A DNA stretch of 64,000 bases. It comes from Eledone cirrhosa (taxonomy: Eukaryota). The notes beneath the pieces were generated by a model, which saw only the letters and a program-made list of their open reading frames with translations, ran no database searches and was not told the origin of the DNA. The stretch spans positions 120,528,001-120,592,000 of the forward strand of contig OZ024745.1 in assembly GCA_964016885.1 (NCBI GenBank), in the 5' to 3' direction. Positions 41,624-54,776 of this stretch are shown here, piece after piece (positions within the stretch are counted from its first letter, which is position 1; each line of letters starts with the position of its first letter). Made by a program: the position numbers and the translations under genes.

Positions 41624-42210
41624 CTGTAAAAACACAAACAGGCAACAAAAAAAAACATAAAAAGCATGCATTAAAAATATGGTGAAGAAGTGTATGAAAG
41701 GGTAACTGGCCCACCAAAGTGCTTGGTTCTTTGTTTGATAAGGTTTTGTTAAAAGCTGTGTAATAAAGTTCAGATACTGAAAGTTAATAAATCTTGAAAT
41801 ATCACTAAATACTGAACAGGTGAAATACCATCTTTTATAAAACTATTTAAAAGCCTAAATTGAATGTCCAACAGTTAAAATGTAAACTTTTGAGAAGAAC
41901 TCAAATAGAAAATACTGTTGACACAATTCTAACAACCATTTAGAATAGTGTTCAGAGGGGTAGAGAATGATTCTTAATAATATCTTCAGAGTGCCAATGC
42001 TTGGTAAACACAGAACTGTGCTGAGGGTACTGCTGTACTCCATTTCTGAAAACAGGAGCTTATGTCTCAGTAGGCAGTGAAGTAACTCTAGGGGTTTCAG
42101 CCCCTTCCTAATCCTATCAGTAAATGTTTTATTAAGAAGATATTATAAAAAAAAGACAACAGAAAATACTGTCATAGAATTGTTGTTCTCTGTGTAGATA
42201 CTGTCCAGTG

Positions 42211-42530
42211 AAGGCATGTGGCTTTGTGGTTAGGGTATTCAGCTCACAATCGTAAGGTCATGAGTTCGATTCCCGGTGGCACATTGTGTCCTTGAGCAAG
42301 ACACTTCATTTCACATTGCTCCAGTCCACTCAGTTGGCAAAAATGAGTTGTACTTGTAGTTCGAAGGACCAGCATTGTAACACACTGTGTCACACTGAAT
42401 CTCCCTGAGAACAACATAAAGGGTATGTGTGTCTGTGAAATGCTCAGCCACTTGCACGTTAATTTCATGAGCAGGCTGTTCTGTTGATCAGATCAACTGG
42501 AACACTCATCATAGTCAACAGAGTGCCTCC
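42211..42530 (+). mobile_element. tRNA-SINE, V-domain-like, second subfamily; related copies ~8320-8600 (+), 30070-30365 (-), 34470-34770 (-)
   Basis: tggctttgtggttagggt...gagttcgattccc (A/B boxes) and gtgtccttgagcaagacact. Confidence 0.8.
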
Positions 42531-45281
42531 AATCCAGATCCTGTCCAAATGAGGATATTCAAATGTGATAGAACAGTTTAAAACTCATACATTTTTCTCC
42601 ACAAAAATTGTGGATACTATTCAAGTTTCTTGAAGAATCTTTTAATAGAGTTACATGTATAAATGTCCACTACACTACACTCTCACTGAAGACAGTCACT
42701 GTGCTCATCCTTAGACAACCAACTCAACTATGAAGTAGGTTTGTAACTTTCTTTCAATTATGCACTCTACCCAGCACAACAACTTTATTGAGATGTCAAC
42801 TCATGATTATGTCATTAAAGATATCTTGATGTTTTGTTTGCTAATGCAGCAGCCTAAGAATCATGGGTTTTCATCTTTCCATTCATCCCCCAGTTGGAGA
42901 GATATTGCAAGGTCTTTGATGCTGCTCTACTCCTTCTCACTAAACCATTGCAGTTCAATAACTGGGACATAAGATCATGAGTTTTATTCCCAGACCAAGT
43001 GGAGCATTGTATCACTCAGTTGTAACAACACTGATGCCAAGCTGTATTGGCCTTCGTCTTTCCCTTGGATAACATCAATGGTGTGGAGAGGGGGAGACTG
43101 GCACACATAAGCGACTGCTGGTCTTCCATAAAACTCCTTGTCTAAGTTTTTACCTGGGTGAGGAATTTCCAGGTACAAACCCATAGTCAGATCATATTTG
43201 TCTTCATCCCTAGTTCGCTACTAAAATATTTGTCACGACCGTCGAGCTAGGAAATTACTTTCAGTAACTTTGGTGGAAACAAAAGAAAATGTGCAGTGAA
43301 ATAAACCAAGGATATAAATAAAATACACAACACCAAGAACAACAAAGTTTGCAACAAATAACACAATTAAAGATTGCAACAATAATAACAATAAATATGT
43401 AGTCAAAATTATCAAATTAGATTTATTTCATGTTAATATAAAACAATTAACTTTAAGGACAGGGTAATAAAATAGTGGGTATGGGGTTGGGGAGTGAAGT
43501 GTGGTGATAAATAATAGATTTTGTACAGTAAATATATTTACATAGATGTGTACTGTGTATCTCTCTCTCTCCTATATATACACACACACACACCCTCAAA
43601 ATAGAGATATATAGACACACAAACACAGGCACACACTCTTATACTGCATATCATTCTCTGTCTCTCTTTTACTCACTATACAGACATGTGTACAAATATA
43701 TACACACACACAGACATATATATATATAAATAAGTATAAACTGTTTATTTGTGAACCCAACTGCCTCAATAACACAGAGATACACACACACACCACACAC
43801 ACACACACTCACCATGCTGACAAACAAATACATACAATCTAATGACTAAAGACACCTTTGTTACCATAGTTGCTATATTTCTAATGAAAAACATTGCCTA
43901 TGATTTTTAAATAATTTCTAAACATAATCAAACTTTTCCATTTTTAAGCTGGTGAGGGTACTGGATTGGCAGAATTAGTAGAGTGCCGGACAACATGCTT
44001 TGTGGCATGTAATTATGGCCCTTTACATTCAGAGTTCAAATGCCGCCATGGTTACCTTTGTTTTACGTCTTTACAAGGTCGATAAAATAAAATACCAGTA
44101 ATGTACTGGAGTCAATTTAATCAAATTTCCACTTCCTTTCAAATTGTGCCAAAAGTAGAAACAATTATTAATCTGGTGTTTGGAACATAACTTGACAAAG
44201 GCTTTTAGCAGATGAGAGACAAATCCTCTACTGGATAGAATGTCAGTCTATAGATAAAATTTCCAGATAATCTGGCACTAAATCTCAAAATGCTACAATA
44301 AACCATTATACAAAAATATTGAGTATCTAATGAAAATAAATCACACTATCAAAAGGAAATGGAAAGAAGAAAAAGGATCAAGCAACAAAAGAAAGGGAGA
44401 GGGGAGTCAGACACTACACCCTAGTCTGAGTAGTGCCTCAGCTGCATCCTGCAAACAAAATGGCAATGGTGTTATTGTGGAGAATAGCCAGAGACACCTG
44501 CTGCAACAGCCACCCCACTGCACAAGGGCTCCCTCCTCAAGTGGACCACCATCTGGCACTTATTCTGACAGCTTGGTGAATAAAGTGGTTTACCCAGATA
44601 GTCCTAATCTCCTGAGCTCCTCCATAACTTTTGCTAAGAATTGCATAGAATTGGTTCAGAAGAACCAAGAGAAAGACAGTTCAATATGAGAAGACATAGT
44701 GAATGAATGTTTATTTAGCTAACATTAAGTTATATCTAAAGATATACACTAGAATGTGTGTTGGCAAGGAGCACTAAACCTGAGATTTTGGTATAGGGCT
44801 CATCTACACATTTTAAAAGGCTAACAGTAACAGCTGTTTAGAGATGAAATATTTTCTGGACATAAAGAAGAAATTCAACATGTGTGATGTTTTCTGAGTC
44901 AAATGAAAATAGAAACCCATGAAAGGATGTGTAAGGAGTGTATGTGATACTTTCAGTTGTGTTACATTCACTTGTGTGTGAAAGGAACAAGATGCTATGT
45001 AGTATGTTCCTTTTAGATAATGTATATGTTAGTGTTTTGATAATATTGAGGTCCTGTTTATGGCCTGCTTGTTTGGTGATAAGTTGATAGCAATAGGAAG
45101 TATTAACAGCTTTTAGTCTCCAACAGAACATCAATAATGCAGATGAACACTTCTATTGGATCTGGCTGTTTAAGCATAAAATTGCTATGATAGCAGTATA
45201 ATAGCTGTTCACTAATAAGTGATTTATTTAGGTCAAAGTTTGTAAGGAAAGGCTGTTGGAACTACTTCCTTGTTACCCTGC

Positions 45282-45313
<32 letters not shown>

Positions 45314-45774
45314 TACTTGATACTATCATCATCATCATCATTATCATCTATATGCCTACATAGATAAGACAATTTTCTCTGGGGAAACACCTTCTCCGCT
45401 GGGGCTGTGGGGCGGCCAACACATGGGAATCTTTTTGCTCCCAGTATAGAGAGACGGGGAGGGCGGAGAGATGGAGGAGATGGAGGAGATAACGGTGGGA
45501 GTTTGGCTCTTCCATATTCAGACACATTTCATCTGTCAAGAGTGTATTTTCATACTTGTGACAAACTTTAACACTTAACCTATAATATTTGTGTTATTAG
45601 TAATATTATTATTATTACATTAAACATCTATCTCTACATATCTTCTCTATTATAGTGTCTCATCATTTGTTGCTCAATTGTCATCACTTTCATGAGGTTC
45701 AGCCCTTTGTGATTATTTTCCATTATATCTTCTCATGTCTTCCTTGCCCACTTGTTTCTGGGAGGGTTGTGGGG

Positions 45775-45920
45775 GTAGAGTCCTCACACATGCCTTCCAA
45801 TCAGGTCCTGTTAGAGTCCTCACATGACTTCCAGCTGGGTCCTGTTAGAGTCCTCACACATGCCTTCCAGCTGGGTCCTGTTAGAGTCCTCACACATGCC
45901 TTCCAGCTGGGTCCTGTGAG
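45775..45920. repeat. 36-bp tandem repeat, ~4 copies
   Basis: tagagtcctcacacatgccttccagctgggtcctgt units. Confidence 0.9.
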
Positions 45921-46330
45921 AAGCAACAGTCTCCAACTGATCTGGCTGGATCTCCAAGTCAGATCAGCTAAGTTCGTGGATGTTATACAACCATCTTGCT
46001 TGGAGTCTACTCCTGGGTCTCCAGTTGGTTGGTTTTGCCCATAAAATCTGTCCAGCGATTCTTTCCTGAGACATTGAATCAATTCAATGGAGCATGCATA
46101 TTTCATTTATATATATAATATCAAATGCAAAATTATGCATGTATGTGTATACACACCTACTCAAATAGGTATCACGGTAGTGAATGCAGATTTTTTACTG
46201 CCTTGATAGGAGAGAGAAGTGAGGGAACTATTGCCTTCAGAATAAAAACATACAGAAAATATTTTTATCTAAAGACATTTTTTCCAATTCCAACCCGCCC
46301 GTCCCCTCAATCTATCTATTTATCATTCTT

Positions 46331-46366
46331 TCTTCTGATAAAGGACTAGCGTCCGAAACGTTAAGA
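46331..46366 (+). ncRNA. Minimal hammerhead motif (G8A) at the end of a Penelope-like remnant
   Basis: tctt-CTGATAA-a-ggac tagc gtcc-GAAA-cg-TT-aaga. Confidence 0.65.
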
Positions 46367-46823
46367 CCCTCTTCCTGCTATATCAAGTGTTAACCTAATA
46401 TATCCCTTCCATATACTGTACCGATTGTGTTGTTATTTCTGTTTACCTTATATATATATATGGCTATTTCTGGACCAGAAATAGCCGTCAAAACGGCTTG
46501 AGCTCTGCCGTTGGGGTCATACTTTTTGGTAAATATCATCTTGGTTAAGAGAGTGGGACTGGCTTTGTGCAGTGCCTTTGCTCACTATAAAAGCTTCACG
46601 GCACAGGCATTGCTTTATATCTGGAGATCTCTCTGCACTAGTCGTCACATGGTACCATGGCCCCAGCACTATGTGTCAGTAATTGTCACAAGTGTAGTGT
46701 TTGTACCAGAGTTTTCAAGTCGCTGGCTGGACTAAAAAGTCACACTCGTTCAGCGCATCGGTAGGGGTTCTCCTACATGGATATGAAGTAGTGGCCGTAC
46801 TCGAAAACGAGTTGGCAGCCACC

Positions 46824-47190
46824 ATGTATGTATGTATGTATGTATGTATGTATGATGTATGTATGATGTATGTATGTATGTATGTATGTATGATGTATGT
46901 ATGTATGTATGATGTATGTATGATGTATGTATGTATGTATGATGTATGTATGTATGTATGTATGTGTGATGCATGTATGTATGTATGTATGTATGTATGT
47001 GTGATGCATGTATGTATGTATGTATGTATGTATGTATGATGTATGTATGTATGTATGTATGTATGATGTATGTATGTATGATGTATGTATGATGTATGTA
47101 TGTATGTATGTATGCATGCATGATCTATGTATGTATGATGTATGTATGTATGTATGTATGTATGTATGTATGATGTATGTATGTATGTAC
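46824..47190. repeat. (ATGT)n microsatellite expanded from the tail of an RTE-related element
   Basis: Begins immediately after gttggcagccacc. Confidence 0.9.
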
Positions 47191-47572
47191 ATATACAACA
47201 TATATTTGGAAATATAATTGCCACAATGCAGATAGCAATAATAATTGTTTCTACTATAGGCACAAGGCCAGCAATTATCCCAGTACATTACTGGTACTTT
47301 ATTTTATCGACCCCGTAAGGATGAAAGACAAAGTTAACCTCGACGGGATTTGAACTCAGAATGGCAAGGGCCATAACTCTATGCTGCCAATCCACTGCCC
47401 CAGTTGAATAAATTGGTTAAAATACTGTGAAACCCCCAAAAGTGGTCATAGCGACACCTGTAGGCAATGTGAGGAGGTTGAAATCAAACTACACACATAT
47501 TTTGGGGGTGTATGTATATGTTTTAATAAAGTAGTGTGGTGGTGGGAGCATCATTAATAGGTATGAAGGAGT

Positions 47573-47608
<36 letters not shown>

Positions 47609-47939
47609 ATGGGATGAAGGGGAACGAGAGGGAGATGGGATGAGGGGGAAGGTAGGGAAGAAAGGGTAATTGTGGTAGGAGGAGTCAGCAAGGAATTGGT
47701 GAGAGGGAGGGAGAGAGAGAGGATGAGGGGGAAGGTGGAGAAGAAAGGGTAATTGTGGTAGGAGGGGTAGCAAGGAGTTGGTGAGAGGAGGGGAATGGCC
47801 CAAACAGAAGCAACTTGTTTGTCTTAGAAGCAGACTTAGGAAATATCTAGTTTAACAACATTGGAATATAAAACTTCAAAAAATTTCTAAACAAAAACAC
47901 ACATAACTTGATATCTTTCACTCACCCCTATTTTTCCTC

Positions 47940-48430
47940 ACCACACATAACCCACACATAACCCATCACACATAACCCACCACATAACCCACCACACATA
48001 ACCCACCACATAACCCACCACACATACCCACACTACCTAACCCACCACACATACCCACACCACATAACCCACCACACATACCCACACCACATAACCCACC
48101 ACACATACCCACACCATATAACCCACCACACATACCAACACTACATAACCCACCATATAACCCACCACACATACCCACACCATATAACCCACCACACATA
48201 CCCACACTACATAACCCACCACACATACCCACACCATATAACCCACCACACATACCCACAATACATAACCCACCACACATACCAACACTACATAACCCAC
48301 CACACATACCAACACTACATAACCCACCACACATACCAACACTACATAACCCACCACACATACCAACACTACATAACCCACCACACATACCCACACTACC
48401 TAACCCACCACACATACCCACACCATACAA
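47940..48430. repeat. Minisatellite, 27-bp CA-rich unit
   Basis: cataacccaccacacatacccacacta units. Confidence 0.92.
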
Positions 48431-48635
48431 CCCACCACTACCACCACCGCTGCAGCTACTACTACTACTACTACTACTACTATTACTATTACTGTTGCTG
48501 CTTCTATTACTACTACCACCACTATTACTACTGCTGCTACTACCACTACCACCACTATTACTACTGCTGCTACTACTACTACCACCACTATTACTACTGC
48601 TGCTACTACTACTACCACCACTATTACTACTGCTG

Positions 48636-48666
<31 letters not shown>

Positions 48667-49101
48667 CACTACTACTGCCACTAGTACTACTACTACTACT
48701 ACTACTACAACTACTGCTACTATCACTACCGCTACCACTACTACTGCCACTAGTACTACTACTACAACTACTGCTACTATCACTACCACTACTACTACTA
48801 CTACTACTACCACTACTACTACCACCACTACTACTGCTACTACTACTACTACTGCTACTACCACCACCAGCCAGCCAAACTGCAAAATACGGAGAACAAA
48901 TAGCTATAGTTTTACTTCATCATACATAATATAACTATAGCTAATTGTTTTGCATTTTGTCTGGCTTCTATCACAACTACTACCACCACCACCACTACTA
49001 CCACCACCAGTAGCAGTAGTAGTGGTGGTAGTAGTAGCAGCATTAGTAATAGTAGCAGCAGTAGAATTAGTAGCAGTAGCAGCAGTAGCAGTAGTGATGA
49101 A

Positions 49102-49135
<34 letters not shown>

Positions 49136-49290
49136 GTAGTAGTGGTAGTGAGTATAGCAGCAGCAGTAGAATTAGTAGTAGAATTAGTAGTAGTAATAGT
49201 AGTAGTAGCAGCAGCAATAGGAGTAGTAGCAGTAATAGTAGTAGTGGTAGCAGAAGCAGCAATAGTAGTAGTAATAGTAGTAGTGGTAGC
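48430..49290. repeat. (ACT)n block facing an (AGT)n block around a central unique inverted repeat
   Basis: Repeat strand switches near 49010; inverted arms at 48869-48911 and 48933-48966. Confidence 0.85.
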
Positions 49291-49489
49291 AGCACAACCA
49301 CTATGACTATAACTAATAATGACCTACTTCAAGCCAAAACATAATTGTAACCCCCTCCCCCCACCTTTGCCTCTCCCCCACCACCAACACTTCCTTACAA
49401 ACAGCAGAGAAAGCAATGAAGAAAATGGCTTCAGAACTAAACAGAATAATCTGTTATTTTTATCAAAAATCTTCTCTGGATTGTCATCA

Positions 49490-50480
49490 CAACCACTACC
49501 ACCACTGCCACCGCCACCATCACCAACACTGCCACCAACACTGCCACAAACAACAACACCATCACTGCCACCACCTACAACAACAACCACACTGCCACAC
49601 ACAACACCACCAAAAACAACACTGCCATAAACAACAACACCATAACCACCACTGCCACAAACAATACCACCACCAACACTGCCACAAATAACAATACCAC
49701 CGTAACCACCACCAACACTGCCACAAACAACACCACCACCAACACTGTCACAAACAACACCACCACCAACACTGCCACAAACAATACCACCACCAACACT
49801 GCCACAAATAACAATACCACCGTAACCACCACCAACACTGCCACAAACAACACCACCACCAACACTGCCACAAACAACACCACCACCAACACTGCCACAA
49901 ACAACACCACCACCAACACTGCCACAAACAACACCACCACCAACACTGCCACAAACAACACCACCACCAACACTGCCACAAACAATACCACCACCAACAC
50001 TGCCACAAATAACAATACCACCGTAACCACCACCAACACTGCCACAAACAACACCACCACCAACACTGCCACAAACAACACCACCACCAACACTGCCACA
50101 AACAACACCACCACCACCAACACTGCCACAAATAACAATACCACCGTAACCACCACCAACACTGCCACAAACAACACCACCACCAACACTGCCACAAACA
50201 ACACCACCACCAACACTGCCACAAACAACACCACCACCAACACTGCCACAAACAACACCACCACCAACACTGCCACAAATAACAATACCACCGTAACCAC
50301 CACCAACACTGCCACAAACAACACCACCACCAACACTGCCACAAACAACACCACCACCAACACTGCCACAAACAACACCACCACCAACACTGCCACAAAC
50401 AACACCACCACCAACACTGCCACAAACAACACCACCACCAACACTGCCACAAACAACACCACCACCAACACCACCACCAA
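49490..50480. repeat. Minisatellite with a 27-bp unit and a longer variant unit
   Basis: caccaccaccaacactgccacaaacaa interspersed with units containing ataacaataccaccgtaacc. Confidence 0.95.
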
Positions 50481-50973
50481 CAACACCACCATCAATGCCG
50501 TTGTCACCACCACCACCATCATCATCGGCATCATTTTTGTAGGGAAGAGTTGTTTTAAATATTTCATTTGTTTATTTAACCCTTTTGAGAGCACACCCCT
50601 AATAAAATACACTGTATTGCAATTAACTAACAAAGAATTTTGAGGGATTTACTAACATTTAACTTTGCCTTTCATCCTTCCGGGGTCCATAAAATAAAGT
50701 ACCAGTAATGCACTGGGTAATTGCTGGCCTTGTGTCAAAAGTAGAAACAATTATTAATATTCCTCAATGGGAGATGAGAACCTATTTGGAACAATATCAT
50801 AGAAGCTGTCAGAATCTTGTTTAAGATGATTTTTACCAAAAACGAATATATTTTATAGAGAGAGAGACAAAGCAGGCTTTGTTTATGAAACAGCGAGTGA
50901 AGTTTGAAATAAGTTAGAATCATGTGCTTACACCGTATTTAACTAAATAAAGTTAGTCTGTTAGTAGGGATTT

Positions 50974-51115
50974 CTCATCTGGTGGCGTCAGATGAAATGG
51001 GCTCAATAACTGGTCTCCACGTGGGTTTGTTGTTCATTGCTGTTGCCAAGTCCTGGATTTCAATACCAGAATCTCTGGAGATGACAGCAGGATAGGAGAG
51101 CTTGTGCCCCCTGTT
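50974..51115 (-). mobile_element. 5'-truncated LINE 3' end (RTE-related) with a degenerate ~21-bp target-site duplication
   Basis: RGHKLSYPAVISRDSGIEIQDLATAMNNKPTWR resembles LINE ORF ends; flanks gttagtctgttagtagggattt / gttagttattagtggggattt. Confidence 0.55.
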
Positions 51116-53899
51116 GTTAGTTATTAGTGGGGATTTTAAAAAACCCTCTGAATGGAAAAAAGATGAGTGTTGGTGTACATAGGACGCCATGAACACCAGT
51201 ATTCATACTAACAGACGAATATATTTTATTTTACTTAAACAGAATAATGTGTAAATACAATTTAGATTAGATAATGAATAAGACTATGCTGTATATATTT
51301 GAATATAAGCCATATATGTTTGAATAATATAAGCCAGAATCAGTTCCCGTCCGACCCTTGCAAGCAGGGAAAAGCGGACATAAAAATGATGATGATGATG
51401 ATAAGGCATATATACTTGAATATAAGCCAATCTGAAGATAAGCCGACCCCCTATCTTACATCTGAGAAGTAGGCAAAAACCCAAACCTCATTTATAATGC
51501 TGAGGTGTGGTTTTGAAATTCTCATGAGTGGAGAATACATTCATGAAGTTTTAATATTTTGATATTTAAAATGTTTTTAGTGTCATTTAGATTTTAGTTT
51601 GTTTCACAAATCATGTAATGATTTTTTCTACCAATTCCTGACTGTTTTGAAGTCCATACTCATTCAAAACATATCAAAAACAATAGGAAATATGAATTTC
51701 ATGTTGAAAGTGAAACCGTGCAAAAATATTTTAGCACCTCATTAACATATAATTTTGAAGTTGGTGAAAATCGGCTAAATATTGACCACAAATATAAGCC
51801 ACCAGTCCCCATTTTACCATTGATTTTTTGACACATTTCTTGTCTTTTATAAGAGTAAATATAGTATATATCATCATCATCATCGATTAATGCCTATCTT
51901 CCACGCTAGCACAGGTTAGACAGGTTTGTCCCATTTAGAGGGTGACCATGCCTCGCTCATATAGGAGTGTTTCTGGCTGGTTTTCTACGGGGAGGGGGGG
52001 GGGGGGGGTGCAACGCACACACACAATTCTCTCAGTTTCAGTTTTGCCTCAACAGGCAGAACATGGTCCAAAGGTAGATTGATTTATTTACACCTGTTGT
52101 TATTCACTCTTTGTTCTGAGATATGCTATCTTATTAAGCTTGAAATTCCTATGATAGGTGTCAACTTTAAATACTGTAGGAACATTTTTAATGAACACTT
52201 AGAGAGCTAGATCAATGATATCTTAGTAAAAATTTCCTCATTGACTTGCAGACAATATTAATGGTTGGTAAATGTCATTCTTACATTGTCAAATATATTA
52301 ATGTTTTAACCCTCCTTTTGATACTAAACAGCCGTGTTCTGTGATACATCATTGTTTATTTCAAAGTATTTATATATATATATCTAAAGGCTTGCATCAT
52401 AATTATATGAGAGAACCGTTTTTAAGTTTCAAACATCAGCTTAATAATCAGCTTAATAATGATCAGCTTAATAATGAGACAGTTATATTAGTAAACCCCT
52501 TCAGATTCTTTATTATTTTCAAAATTATTTGAAAACCATAGGAAGTTTCTTTCATTAGAAATCTGGTGATGAAAGGATTAACTATGATTTTCTCATTTCA
52601 CTATCATTATTCCCCAGCCCCCTCTCTAACTAATTAAAACTATGTCTGAACAAACGAAAATACAAAGTTTTTTGTTGTTTCTGTGTGTCCTTCAATATAT
52701 AAACAACACAACATTAACTTTTTAAAAAAGCTTTTACTATAATTGTTTCTACTTTTGGCACAAGGCCAGCAATTAGCCAGTACATTACTGGTACTTTATT
52801 TTATCGACCCCGTAAGGATGAAAGGCAAAGTTAACTTCAGCGGGATTTGAACCCAGAATGGCTTTTACTATAATTGTTTCTACTTTAGGCACAAGGCCAG
52901 CAATTACCAGTGCATTACTGGTACTTTTACTATAATGACAGTTTGTTGTTATTGAGAGAGTATTGAGAGAGAAATACAATGAGAGAGAGAGAGTGTGTGT
53001 GTGTGTGTGAAAGATAAATAGATAGGTAGATAGTGTTGACACCTGAAAATACTGGGGAATTTTAAGAGCTAGTCTGTCAACAGGTGTGAGGAAAAAAGGA
53101 GTGTGTCTTTGTGTGTCCTAAGGATAATCTGGGCTACAATTAGTTCTTATTAATTTTCAAAATGATTTGAAAGTCATAGGTAGAGTCTATCATGAGAAAT
53201 ATGGAAATGAAAAGGTTAAAAAATGCTAAGAGAATAATATTGGAAATATTCCCAGCCACTATGACACAAAGAAGGTTAATAAGCTTGGATATATTTATGA
53301 TAGTATAATAAACAGGAACTAATAAACTGAGAAAACAGATAAGTTACTAAAAAAGGTTGTATAAAAATTTAAATTAAATAGAACAGAAAAACAACAGCAA
53401 CAACAACAGTAGCAGCACAACAGAATAACAAGAATAAGTAAGAATGAAAAGCTGATTTAAAAAGAATGTTAATTTGATAAACTGTTTAAAACAAAAGTAG
53501 TAAAGTGATGTTTTAAATGTCAGTATCTTGTTTATGATGAAATTTCATGGTGGTGACATTTACACAGTCGCGTTGTTGTTATACATGAATTCAGATAGTA
53601 AAAGGACTGCAAACACTGACACACAAACAGAGTTACAATGTAACAAACCAACAAATAAACTAGTAAAATAAATATAAATAAATAAATAACTAAATAGATC
53701 TGATTATTGTGTTGTTATTTATAGTAGTATTTTTTCCACAGTTTTGATTTAAAAATTATACTAACATCTATATATAGGCGAACAAAACACAATACACAAG
53801 TAGAGTGATGTTCCAAAGAAGGCATTAAATGCAAAGCTGCAGGCTTCTCACCTATAATATATACATATTATATTATTTATGTCCATACACAGAACAAAA

Positions 53900-53948
53900 G
53901 CACTACCTAAGGTTTCAAGGCCCAATATTGACCATATCTCCAGAATGT
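53900..53948 (-). ncRNA. Degenerate hammerhead motif
   Basis: Minus strand CTGGAGA-tat-ggtc aatattg ggcc-tt-GAAA-cct t agg-TA; stem I poor. Confidence 0.45.
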
Positions 53949-53976
53949 TACAGGGATCAAAATTGTGACCTAATAT

Positions 53977-54025
<49 letters not shown>

Positions 54026-54026
54026 T

Positions 54027-54617
54027 ATGTCAGGTCACTCGAGTGCTACTGGTAACATGTAACCCAGTACAACCTGTCGCATGGTCAGGTCGTCGGCAAC
54101 TAAACTGGCAACCCTACCAAGTTTACTTGGTGAGGAGGGTGATTTTGGACACCCTGCAGGACAAAAAACAAAACCTGACAAAGGGCGGAAGAACTCATAA
54201 GAGTCAACGGCCATCCAAAAATGTGTAAATATGTATATACACTTGTACGTATGTATATATATGTATATGCGCTGGGACACAGAAATAATCGGGCTGGATA
54301 CCCGATCGCGCGGTTAAACCACTGGGAGTGAAGGACCCCTAGCCTTTGTCAGAGCATTCTTCTAGAAGGCAACTCAGGAAACTGGGATAACTCCGACATA
54401 AAACCTGTGGCTCAGTAGTTACCGATGATGTTGATCTTTTCTTCTTTTCGGGTTATAGCTACTGTTGCTCAGAGAGTGGGACTGGCTCAGTGCACAGTCT
54501 TTCCTCACTTTAAAAAAAATCTTCGCGCTCAGGCATTGCACGATAGAATTAATTAATAATTACTAATAATGGTATATCATGCAATGGCCATACTTGATAA
54601 CGAGGGGGCAGCCATCA
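54027..54617 (+). mobile_element. Non-autonomous RTE-related element (structured 5' head plus RTE-like 3' end); copies 28849-29420 (+), 26362-26775 (-), 3' half 46530-46825 (+)
   Basis: Three copies share the same 5' boundary next to (TA)n. Related 3' ends encode KSLAGLKSH remnants and end in ggcc(a/g)tact.ga.aacgag..ggcagcca.c plus a simple-repeat tail. Confidence 0.7.
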
Positions 54618-54738
54618 TATATATATATATATATAAAGAAATTCGAAGTTTGAAAGCCACGACAATGTGGGTTTGGACGAAGAATAATTAAATCTTAAGA
54701 AACAGGGCTTGTTTTTTTTATCTTAATTTATTCATATA

Positions 54739-54776
54739 TCCTGATATTTTGAGATTAATATCTCTTCTTCCGAGGA
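54739..54776 (-). ncRNA. Degenerate minimal hammerhead motif
   Basis: Minus strand tcct-CGGAAGA-a-gaga tattaa tctc-AAAA-ta-TC-agga; two core substitutions, stems intact. Confidence 0.5.

Noticed and set aside
42211-42285. tRNA gene
   Set aside because: A/B boxes continue into a multi-copy SINE body; no complete cloverleaf.
43200-43300. Pyrimidine tract with several AGs on minus
   Set aside because: Early stops in all frames and no donor found.
44330-44689. 119-aa + strand ORF
   Set aside because: No recognisable domain or splice support; probably a decayed retroelement or chance ORF.
45317-45532. GC-rich Pro-rich segment with a possible acceptor and donor on minus
   Set aside because: All three frames hit stops between these sites and the acceptor is weak; origin unresolved.
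49575-50633. 352-aa and 234-aa ORFs, plus other poly-V/L/T/YI/CV ORFs
   Set aside because: Products of stop-free simple repeats; no splice or compositional support.
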